A DNA stretch of 64,000 nt from Patescibacteria group bacterium (lineage in GTDB: Bacteria > Patescibacteriota > Minisyncoccia > Moranbacterales > UBA2206), in NCBI GenBank assembly GCA_022709735.1, contig JAKLIG010000001.1:192586-256585 (forward strand), in the 5' to 3' direction. Position 1 is the first letter of the stretch. Every line of letters begins with the position of its first letter. The notes beneath the pieces are model-generated. The model had not been told where the DNA came from, made no database searches, and saw nothing but the letters and a program-made list of their open reading frames with translations. The position numbers and the translations under genes are program-made. This document shows positions 18,573-27,250 of this stretch, piece after piece.

Positions 18573-20654
18573 ATGAGAATTTTGATTTTAAATTATGAAT
18601 ATCCGCCACTCGGCGGGGGAGCGGGAAATGCTACTTTTTATATGCTCAAGGAATTTTCGAAAATTCCCGATTTTTATGTTAGTCTTGTGACTTCATCAGC
18701 AGACAAAGAATATCATCTAGAAAAAATAGGGGAGAATATAGAAATTCATAAATTGCCAATTGGAAAAAATAATAATGATATGCACTTTCAAACCAATAAG
18801 GATTTGCTTGTTTATTCTTGGAAAGCCTATTGGTTTTCGAAAAAACTCGCTAGGGAGAAAGAATTTGATGTAGCGCTGGCATTTTTTGGAATTCCTTGCG
18901 GATGCATTGCGAAAAAATTAGGCTTACCCTATATTGTCAGTCTTCGCGGAAGCGATGTGCCTTTTTACAATGAACGCTTTCATTTTTTGGATAAACTCTT
19001 TTTCAAATTTATGAGTAGGGGAATATGGAAAGAAGCGCAAAAAGTTGTGGCGCTAAGCAAGGATCTTGCCTTTCTTGCAAAAAAAACATCGCCTAATCAA
19101 GAAATAACAGTGGTGCGAAATGGCATAAATACAAGTGAATTTTATCCAAGCGAAGAAGCATTGAAAAATGAAAAAACTTTCAATATTCTTTTTGTGGGGA
19201 GATTGATTGAAAGAAAAGGAGCGATATATATGCTGGAAGCCTTCAAGAGCTTATCTAAAAAATATGAAAATATCAGACTGCTAATTGCCGGCGAAGGGCC
19301 ACTTCTGGAAAAATATAAGAAATTCGCCAGAGATAATAATTTATCAGAAAAAATTATTTTTCTTGGTATTGTGAATCATAATGAAATTGCAAAAATTTAT
19401 CAAAAATCGCATGTTTTTATTTTGCCGTCCCTAAATGAAGCCTTGGGAAATGTAACGCAAGAAGCGCTGGCTTCAGGCCTTCCAATCATCACGACTGACA
19501 CTGGAGCGGCCGAGTTAATCGACGAAAACGGATTTATCATCAGGAAAAAATCTTCGCAAGATATTTCAGATTGTCTTGAAAAAGTTATAAACAATGAAAA
19601 TCTGCGCCAAGAAATGTCAAAAAAAAGTCGCGAAGCGGCCGAAAAAATGTCTTGGAGTGAAGTCGCCAGGCGGTATGTGGAAATATTAAAAAAGGCATCT
19701 GTAAAAAAAGAAAAACCGGGGAAAAATAATAAATTAAAATTAATTTTCAAGCTTATTGCAACCGCTATTTTTCTTGTTTGGATTTTTTTCAAAATTGATT
19801 GGCCGGAAGTTCTGGTCTATTTTGAAAAACTGGATATCTGGTGGATGTTTGCCTTTGTGGTAATTTATGCCGGCGGAACATTGATTTCTTCATATAAATG
19901 GAAACTCTTGGCAGATTTTAAGGGAATTAATCTTAAATTTTGGGAAATTTTCAAAATTTATCTGACTGGCGCTTTTATAAATAATTTTTTTCCTTCTATC
20001 ATTGGGGGAGATACCTATCGTTCCTATACTTTGGGCAAAGCAGGAAATAAAAAATATTTAGAAGCCACTTCAACTGTTTTTGCCGATAGGCTTATTGGTT
20101 TTGCCGGAGTGATGCTTCTAATCATTGTTTTTAGTTTGCTTGATTTGAGCGCGGTTTTTGAAAATCATGTTCTTTTAGTTGCTAATTTGGCGATAATTGC
20201 TTTTTTTGCAATCAATTTTTTTCTCGTAGCTATCAGAAAAATCCCAATTTGGGATTTTGTGAAAAAGTTTATTCCGGAAAAAATAATAGGACTTATCCGT
20301 GAGATACGCTTCTACCAACAGCATAAAATTCTCATTAAAACCTTGTTTTTAGGAGCGGCTTTTAATTTTTTCGGAGTCGGACTAGCTTCTTGGATGCTTT
20401 TTCTTGATCTGCATATTCCGATAAGTTTCATTGATTTTATGATTGCCATTTCTATTGTTAGTATCGTTTCTTCTGTTCCAGTGAGTATTGGAAATATCGG
20501 CATCAAAGAGTGGGCTTTTATTACTTTTTTTGGGATTTTTGGAGTGAATGGTGAAGCGGCAATTTCCATTGCCATTTTTGGAAGATTTTTGCAAATGATT
20601 GTCAGTTTTTTTGCGATACCGTTTTACTTAAAAGAAAAAAATAAAAAAATATGA
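18573..20654 (+). CDS. GT4 glycosyltransferase fused to a C-terminal UPF0104 / MprF-like (lysyl-PG synthase TM-type) flippase-like domain
   Basis: 693 aa. N-terminal 370 aa is GT4 (MRILILNYEYPPLGGGAGN; EX7E region LNEALGNVTQEALASGLPIITTD). C-terminal about 300 aa has 7-8 TM helices with FINNFFPSIIGGDTYRSYTLGK, characteristic of the UPF0104 family. Confidence 0.7.
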   Translation: MRILILNYEYPPLGGGAGNATFYMLKEFSKIPDFYVSLVTSSADKEYHLEKIGENIEIHKLPIGKNNNDMHFQTNKDLLVYSWKAYWFSKKLAREKEFDVALAFFGIPCGCIAKKLGLPYIVSLRGSDVPFYNERFHFLDKLFFKFMSRGIWKEAQKVVALSKDLAFLAKKTSPNQEITVVRNGINTSEFYPSEEALKNEKTFNILFVGRLIERKGAIYMLEAFKSLSKKYENIRLLIAGEGPLLEKYKKFARDNNLSEKIIFLGIVNHNEIAKIYQKSHVFILPSLNEALGNVTQEALASGLPIITTDTGAAELIDENGFIIRKKSSQDISDCLEKVINNENLRQEMSKKSREAAEKMSWSEVARRYVEILKKASVKKEKPGKNNKLKLIFKLIATAIFLVWIFFKIDWPEVLVYFEKLDIWWMFAFVVIYAGGTLISSYKWKLLADFKGINLKFWEIFKIYLTGAFINNFFPSIIGGDTYRSYTLGKAGNKKYLEATSTVFADRLIGFAGVMLLIIVFSLLDLSAVFENHVLLVANLAIIAFFAINFFLVAIRKIPIWDFVKKFIPEKIIGLIREIRFYQQHKILIKTLFLGAAFNFFGVGLASWMLFLDLHIPISFIDFMIAISIVSIVSSVPVSIGNIGIKEWAFITFFGIFGVNGEAAISIAIFGRFLQMIVSFFAIPFYLKEKNKKI

Positions 20655-21592
20655 AAAAAATATCTATAATAATTCCTGCATACAATGAAGAAAAAAATAT
20701 TATTCCTATCTATAAAGAAATTGCAAAGGCATTTGATATATTAGAAGCGGGTTATATTCATGAGATATTTTTTATCAATGATGGAAGTGTTGATACTACG
20801 GCAGGTGAAATAAAAAAGTTGGTTCAAAAGGATAAAATGGTCAAGTATATAGAATTTTCTCGAAATTTTGGGAAAGAAATGGCAACTTCTGCAGGATTAA
20901 ATCATTGTTCCGGGGATGCTTGTATTATGATTGATGCTGATTCGCAACATCCAGCTGAACTTATTTCTGAATTTATCAAAAAATGGGAACAAGGGTTTGA
21001 AGTGGTAATTGGTGTTAGAAAAAAAAGCAAGAGTGATAGCTGGCCCAAAAAATTAGGATCGCAAATTTTCTATAAAATATTAAATAAAATTTCAGATATT
21101 GAAGTTGTTCCCGGTTCGACAGATTTTCGCCTATTGGATCGAAAGGTAATCAATGAATTTAATCGTTTTACAGAAACCAATCGGATGACCAGGGGTCTAA
21201 TCGACTGGCTTGGATTCAAAAGAAGTTTTATTTATTTCGAAGCCGATGATCGGCTTAATGGAACGGCTAACTATGGATTTTGGGAGCTGGTTAAATTGGC
21301 TATGGTTGGTTTTGTATCGCTTAGTTTTTTCCCATTAAAGCTGGCGGGATATTTTGGTGTTCTGATTTCTTCTCTCTCTGGTATTGCAGGGCTGTATATT
21401 CTTATTGGAAAATATATCTTTCATTTGAAATTTGCTTCTACTTTTTCTGATGCTGAAAATCTTGCTATTTTTATTGTATTTTTAGTTGGAATAATATTGA
21501 CATTTTTAGGGCTAATTTCTCTCTATATAGCTAATATCCACAGCGAAGTTGTTAATCGACCGATGTATGTTGTCAGAGAAAAGGAAATTTAA
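20651..21592 (+). CDS. Polyprenyl-phosphate glycosyltransferase, GT2 (ArnC/GtrB type, C-terminal TMs)
   Basis: 313 aa. ISIIIPAYNEEKNIIPIYKEI...FFINDGSVDTT...MIDADSQHP. Two C-terminal TM helices. ATGA overlap with the upstream gene. Confidence 0.88.
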   Translation: MKKISIIIPAYNEEKNIIPIYKEIAKAFDILEAGYIHEIFFINDGSVDTTAGEIKKLVQKDKMVKYIEFSRNFGKEMATSAGLNHCSGDACIMIDADSQHPAELISEFIKKWEQGFEVVIGVRKKSKSDSWPKKLGSQIFYKILNKISDIEVVPGSTDFRLLDRKVINEFNRFTETNRMTRGLIDWLGFKRSFIYFEADDRLNGTANYGFWELVKLAMVGFVSLSFFPLKLAGYFGVLISSLSGIAGLYILIGKYIFHLKFASTFSDAENLAIFIVFLVGIILTFLGLISLYIANIHSEVVNRPMYVVREKEI

Positions 21593-21605
21593 TTTTTTAT
21601 TTTTT

Positions 21606-23453
21606 TCATTCTGCTTTGTATATTTTTATAAAATTATCCGGCCGGCCATCAATATAAAATTCCCAAACCGGATTATTTGCTTCGTAGTATTTTTTTAATG
21701 GAACATATTTATTTTTGCAAATGCTTTTATAGTGATTGCACCAATAATCATACATTGATTTGCCATGCTGAGAAATAACATAATAATCAATAGGATCCCA
21801 TTCTTTTTTTAATATATATCTTCGATAAGTTTTCCCCTTAAAAAACTTAGAAAAACCAGTATAATCCGGAAAAACTACTAATTTTTCTGCGTTAGGCAAT
21901 GAATTTAGATATTGTGCTGCTTCATATCCGCCATATCCCCAAGCGCCAGACAAAATATATTTTTCTGGAAGCAGAAAATTAATATAGCTGAAATAAAAAG
22001 GCTTTATTTGCCAAAGACTTACAATGCTTATTGCAATGATAGCAAGTGAAATATATATTTTACTGAACTTTTTTAATTTATCATGAGAAAAAAATTCATA
22101 TAAGCCAAAAGAAGCTAAGATTGAAACCAGCGGATAAAGAATAATACTATAGCGAACTGTTGAGGGAAGATTTTGAGCAACTAAAGCAATATAATAAATT
22201 ATTATAAATAGTGCAATGATAAGTGTGGCAAAATCAATTTTTATTTTTCTAGTACTTTGTTTTATCCAAAAATAGAATAAAGATAGAATAACCAAAGGAG
22301 AAAGAGAAAAAACAAAAGAAAAAAATTGATAGAGGAAATTTTTTATAAGTGAATATTTTTGACTAAAAGCGGATGATCGAGTGGCATACTGCACAATATT
22401 TTCTGGATCTAAAAACAACAATCCGATATTCCAATTTATAATAACTATTGCAAATGTTATTGCCAACAAAAAAGGGACGAGTCTGAAAATATCCATAGTC
22501 CGTTTGGGAAAATAATTTACTGCCTTAATAATAAAGTTGCTATTAAATTTAGTCGCATCAATTATAACGAACAATTGTAAAATAAATATGATTGGAAAGA
22601 TCTTTTTCATTGAGGAATATCCGATTGTATAATCAAAAAATAATTGCTTATCAATAAAAACTGCTGGCATAAAAAAAGAAAAAACAGCCAACGACCCTAA
22701 AACTGTAATTAAATAAAAAAGGGAAATTTTCAATATTTTTTTATGGGCTGGTATTGAAGTTGTTTTCCATTCCGGAATATTTAATAAATAAAAAAGCAAA
22801 GTGGCGAGAAAAAGGAAGGGAAAGAATATAACACTTACAAATTTAGTAAGGAGTGATAAACCAAGAAAAAAAGGAGACAAAAAGATAAATTTCTTTTCCT
22901 CGGTTTTTAGATAAGCTATAAAACTAAGAAGTGTGGCTGTCGAAAACAACCAAAAGAGAGAATCAGGATTAATGATTTGTGAAATTCCTAAGAGTACCGG
23001 GGAAAGAAGCATTAGAGTGAACGACCAAAAAGAAATCCAAAAATTTTTGGTTATTTTTTTTATCAGCCAAAAAATATATAAAATAAACAAGGCGTTAAAA
23101 AACAAAATTGGAAGGCGAAAAACTATAAAAATATCTTGAATTTCGTTCAATAGATCATTTTTATTACCATTGATTTTTTGGATGTGCTTTACTGGATTTT
23201 CTTCCCAAAAAAGACCAATGCCGGAAATTAAAGCAACTGTTATGCCTGGTTTATCGCTAAGAACAGTATTGGCCCAGTTTTCGGGAGCTACTAAGCTATG
23301 CCAGTATTGATGTATTCTATCGTCTAGCCATAAGTGTTCATCAGCTGTTTCAAAATGAGCTAGGTGATAAAAACCAAAAGAAAAATAAATTGCATAAACG
23401 ATTAAAAATAAAAAAGCCAAGACACTCTTTTTCTTAAAATTTATATTTTCCAT
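21606..23453 (-). CDS. GT-C-fold-like polytopic membrane glycosyltransferase (ArnT/PMT-like) with C-terminal extracytoplasmic domain
   Basis: 615 aa. About 11 TM helices. First-loop acidic motif HFETADEHLW (compare the GT-C DE/DD motif). C-terminal 130-aa soluble domain. Confidence 0.5.
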   Translation of the reverse strand: MENINFKKKSVLAFLFLIVYAIYFSFGFYHLAHFETADEHLWLDDRIHQYWHSLVAPENWANTVLSDKPGITVALISGIGLFWEENPVKHIQKINGNKNDLLNEIQDIFIVFRLPILFFNALFILYIFWLIKKITKNFWISFWSFTLMLLSPVLLGISQIINPDSLFWLFSTATLLSFIAYLKTEEKKFIFLSPFFLGLSLLTKFVSVIFFPFLFLATLLFYLLNIPEWKTTSIPAHKKILKISLFYLITVLGSLAVFSFFMPAVFIDKQLFFDYTIGYSSMKKIFPIIFILQLFVIIDATKFNSNFIIKAVNYFPKRTMDIFRLVPFLLAITFAIVIINWNIGLLFLDPENIVQYATRSSAFSQKYSLIKNFLYQFFSFVFSLSPLVILSLFYFWIKQSTRKIKIDFATLIIALFIIIYYIALVAQNLPSTVRYSIILYPLVSILASFGLYEFFSHDKLKKFSKIYISLAIIAISIVSLWQIKPFYFSYINFLLPEKYILSGAWGYGGYEAAQYLNSLPNAEKLVVFPDYTGFSKFFKGKTYRRYILKKEWDPIDYYVISQHGKSMYDYWCNHYKSICKNKYVPLKKYYEANNPVWEFYIDGRPDNFIKIYKAE

Positions 23454-23506
23454 AGTTAATTACTACTATTGATTATATTGAATTTATTGTTTATAATTAT
23501 TTTAGC

Positions 23507-25702
23507 ATGAATATTAGCAAAAGAAAAATAATATGCAGTCTGCTTTTTTTAATTGTGCTTTTGGGCGCATTTTTGCGGTTATATAAAATCGGAGGCGAAG
23601 CTTTTGCTCGTGATGAATTTTTCGATATCAACACTTCCTACGGATATTTCAAAACTGGGGAGTGGCTGGCTTGGGATTTCAATATGAACCAGCCTCTTGA
23701 AGCGGCCTTGCAAAAAGATTATAGCAATACTCGCGCCCAACTTTTCCGCATCCCGTTAGCATTAGCTTATAATTTTATGGAGCCAACCGAAGGTCATGCT
23801 AGGTTGATTAGTGTTTTTTGGGGGATTGTAAGTATTATTGCAATATATTTTATAACCCTATCTTTTACTGGGAATGCCTATGTCGCACTTCTGGCGGCGC
23901 TTCTTGTTGCCATTGGCGAATCGGAGATAATTTTTGGCCGACGACTTCGGATGTATTCTATGTTTTTTCCAATTTATTTGATTTTTTCTTGGTGCGTTTT
24001 TAAGATCTATGAATCTGTCTATAGTGGCAAAGTGATTATTTTTCAAAAAATCTACGATAAATTAAAGATTAATCCAATTTTTATTATTCCGGCGATGATT
24101 GTTGGTTTTGTAAGTTATGAAATTCACGAGCTTACAGTGCATATTGTTTTTACGCTTGTAGCATATTGCTTAATTTTGGCAGCGCTTAATTTCAAAAAAG
24201 AAAAATATTTTCTTAACAAATATACCCTAACACTTTTGGGTGGATTTTTTGGCTTTCTCGTCTTGAAAGTAGCATTTAGCGGACTATATAAGGATTTTGA
24301 TAAAGCTGTTAGTTTTTGGCAGGACAATTATCGGTGCTTTGGATTCTTTTTTACGGATTTTAGATATCTTTCTTTTGGCATATTGCTTTTTTCTTTGGGC
24401 GGACTATTTTTAGCTTTCAAACTCAAGCGCAAAAAAGAAGCGCTGTTTATTTTTCTTTCCGCAGTTGTTCCGCTTTTTTATGCCGTTTTTTCCTGGGTAA
24501 GAGAACCAGCCGCGCGCTATATTTATTTCATTCAATCATTTGGAATTATTTTTTCAGCTTCTGGCATTTATGCCGTTTATTATTTTTTAGCAGAAAGATT
24601 CGAGAATTATAAAAAAATAATTGCTGTGGTAATTTTAATGTCAACTTTTGCGCTACTTGATTTTTCATACATTACAGGCAAAGATAATCTTTATCAACAA
24701 AGAGAAACTTCTAATTTTATCGATTTTCGAAAAGTTTTTGCCGTAGCGAAGGAAAACATGAAACCGGGCGATGTGATGATTACAAGAGCCTATCGCAGTT
24801 TTTATTTTCCAAACTGGAAAGCGAAAGCGTATGATGTGAAAGCTTTGCCCTTAGAAAAACAAAATTGTCAGGAAATATTTGCCAAGATAATTTCCGAAAA
24901 TGAAAGCGGAATAGTAGTTCTGCCAGAGATTGATCATTTGTCAGTTTGTAAAAACGGACGGAAATATTTAGAAGATAATTTAATCAAAATCCCGTCACAA
25001 GTGAGTGGTGTAAATATTTATCGCTGGGATAAAAAAGGATTTCAAATAACAATTGCAACTGATTTGCACGCTGCAATGGGTCCGAAAGAAAAAGATATTT
25101 TTGGCGGAACAAAATGGAAAGAAAAAATGGACTATCTATTGGATAAGTCGAAAAATTCAGAATTTATCGCGATGCTGGGAGATAATATACAATCAAGAGA
25201 CGATCAAAGTTTTGAGGAATTGAAAAAGTATGAGCAAGAGTCGGGCAAAAAATTTATTTGGGTCAATGGAAATCATGATAAGGAGTTGGATCAAAATGGA
25301 GATCGAAGAGGTCTGTATATGAGCGGTCAAAAATATTATTATGTAGATCATAATAATTGGAGAATGATTGTTTTGTATAATCTTAAACAAAATAAAGATA
25401 AGGATTTTGATTGTTGGGAGATTGACAAAGAACAAATGGCTTGGCTGGAATCCACACTAAAAACTGAAAATGATAAGATTGTTTTTATGCATTGCCCTAT
25501 TTTTAGAGATGAGATTAAAAAAGAATTGCGCAAAAAATATTTACCACTGCATGATTTATTTAAAAAATATAATGTAAAATATGTATATGCTGGCCATTGG
25601 CACGAACAAGATATTGAAAAAATTTTTGATGATATTACCTATAGGGTTATTCCGATGATTGATGTTTATGATAAGCGGTATGAAATTTTGCAACTTAAAT
25701 AA
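23507..25702 (+). CDS. GT-C-like polytopic membrane protein fused to C-terminal calcineurin-like metallophosphoesterase (paralog 1 of 3)
   Basis: 731 aa. N-terminal about 400 aa with about 10 TM helices and a loop-1 ARDEFFDINTSYGYFKTGEWLAWDF motif. C-terminus has ITIATDLHA, LGDNIQ, GNHD, FMHCP, GHWHE (MPE motifs). Confidence 0.65.
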   Translation: MNISKRKIICSLLFLIVLLGAFLRLYKIGGEAFARDEFFDINTSYGYFKTGEWLAWDFNMNQPLEAALQKDYSNTRAQLFRIPLALAYNFMEPTEGHARLISVFWGIVSIIAIYFITLSFTGNAYVALLAALLVAIGESEIIFGRRLRMYSMFFPIYLIFSWCVFKIYESVYSGKVIIFQKIYDKLKINPIFIIPAMIVGFVSYEIHELTVHIVFTLVAYCLILAALNFKKEKYFLNKYTLTLLGGFFGFLVLKVAFSGLYKDFDKAVSFWQDNYRCFGFFFTDFRYLSFGILLFSLGGLFLAFKLKRKKEALFIFLSAVVPLFYAVFSWVREPAARYIYFIQSFGIIFSASGIYAVYYFLAERFENYKKIIAVVILMSTFALLDFSYITGKDNLYQQRETSNFIDFRKVFAVAKENMKPGDVMITRAYRSFYFPNWKAKAYDVKALPLEKQNCQEIFAKIISENESGIVVLPEIDHLSVCKNGRKYLEDNLIKIPSQVSGVNIYRWDKKGFQITIATDLHAAMGPKEKDIFGGTKWKEKMDYLLDKSKNSEFIAMLGDNIQSRDDQSFEELKKYEQESGKKFIWVNGNHDKELDQNGDRRGLYMSGQKYYYVDHNNWRMIVLYNLKQNKDKDFDCWEIDKEQMAWLESTLKTENDKIVFMHCPIFRDEIKKELRKKYLPLHDLFKKYNVKYVYAGHWHEQDIEKIFDDITYRVIPMIDVYDKRYEILQLK

Positions 25703-25720
25703 TTAAATTATTTATCCTAT

Positions 25721-27244
25721 ATGAAAAAAATATCCTTGGTTGTGTTATTTATAATTATTTTGCTTGGTGCTGGGCTTAGAATTTATAATTTAGGCGAGAA
25801 ATCTTTTGATCGAGATGAATTTTTTGAGCTGAATTCTTCTTATGGATATTTCAAGACTGGGACTTGGGTAGCATGGGATTTTGGCAATGAGAAACCCTTT
25901 GAGGCGAGTTTGCAAGATAAAACCAGCACAGAACGAGCAGAAATTTATAGATGGCAGATAGCACAACTTTATCGATTTTTTGAACCCTCTGAAACAGTGA
26001 CTCGCTCAATTAGCGCTTTTTGGGGAATAATCAGTATAGCGCTGATTTATTTTGTAACTTTATATTTTACTAAAAATCACGGAATTGCGCTTTTAGCAGC
26101 ATTTCTTACGGCGATTGGCGAATCCGGAATGATTTATAGCCGACGCCTTCGGATGTATTCAATGCTGTTTCCCGCTTATCTTATTTTTTCTTGGTTAGTT
26201 TATAAATTCTATGAAGCTAAGTATGAAGGTAAGAATAAATTATTTGAATTTTTTTCAGATAAATTCAAAGTTAATCTTCTTTATTTCTTACCAGCGCTAA
26301 TTGCAGGGCTTATTAGTTACAATGTCCATATGCTCACGGCGAGTATTGTTGCTACGATAACTGCGTTTTCAATTTTCAGCTGGCTATGGTGGGAAAGAAA
26401 AGAAAAAATAAATAAATATTCCATAACACTAGCCTTGATTTTTATTGCTTATCTTTTTATAAGTCTGATTCCACAATTGGCCAAGTTTTATAAATCCTTT
26501 AAAAAGCAAGTAGAATTGTTCAAATTTAATCCAGATTATTTTATTGATTATTTTACTGATTTTAATTTTTTTATTCTAGGTTTTATTTTGATGATTTTTG
26601 GTGTTTGGTATTTGGCAAAAAAAATGGAAAAGAAAAAAGAAGCCTTGTTTCTTTTTCTTTCTGCTATTGTTCCGCTTATTTTTGCTATTTTTACCTGGGT
26701 AAGATTTCCAGCGCAAAGATACATTTATTTCGTCCAGTCTTTTGGAATAATTCTAATCGCGGTTGGAATTTATGCGGTTCTTTGTTATTTAAATATTTAT
26801 CTTAAAAATAGAAAAATAATTCTAGTACCATTTTTTATTCTAATGCTTATTCTTTTGATTGATTTTTCTTATTTTAAAAAAGAAAATCAAATCTATGCTC
26901 ATACAAAAAATTCATTTTATCCGAACTTTAGAAATATTTTTCCTTATATTTTGAAAAATAAAAAAGAAAGTGATGTTTTCATCACTCGCTCATATCGAAG
27001 TTACTATTGGCTAGGGGACAAAGTGAAAGTTTTCGATTTGCAAGCGCTTCCATTTGAAAAAAAGGATTGTGGAAAAATTGTCAGTGAAGCCATTGTCGAA
27101 AACAAAAGCGGTTGGTTTATTCTGCCTGACATCGACGAAGGATTTATTTGCAAGGAAGGAAGGGACTATCTTGGCAATAATTATAAAAAAATAGAAAATG
27201 AAAATATTCCCAATACTGTTTCAATTTACCGCTGGGGTGAATAA
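25721..27244 (+). CDS. GT-C-like polytopic membrane protein (paralog 2, lacks the phosphoesterase domain)
   Basis: 507 aa. Residue-by-residue paralogy with the N-terminal halves of 23507-25702 and 27251-29389 (DRDEFFELNSSYGYFKTGTWVAWDF, RRLRMYSMLFPAYLIFSW). Ends before the MPE domain. Confidence 0.65.
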   Translation: MKKISLVVLFIIILLGAGLRIYNLGEKSFDRDEFFELNSSYGYFKTGTWVAWDFGNEKPFEASLQDKTSTERAEIYRWQIAQLYRFFEPSETVTRSISAFWGIISIALIYFVTLYFTKNHGIALLAAFLTAIGESGMIYSRRLRMYSMLFPAYLIFSWLVYKFYEAKYEGKNKLFEFFSDKFKVNLLYFLPALIAGLISYNVHMLTASIVATITAFSIFSWLWWERKEKINKYSITLALIFIAYLFISLIPQLAKFYKSFKKQVELFKFNPDYFIDYFTDFNFFILGFILMIFGVWYLAKKMEKKKEALFLFLSAIVPLIFAIFTWVRFPAQRYIYFVQSFGIILIAVGIYAVLCYLNIYLKNRKIILVPFFILMLILLIDFSYFKKENQIYAHTKNSFYPNFRNIFPYILKNKKESDVFITRSYRSYYWLGDKVKVFDLQALPFEKKDCGKIVSEAIVENKSGWFILPDIDEGFICKEGRDYLGNNYKKIENENIPNTVSIYRWGE

Positions 27245-27250
27245 TTTTTT

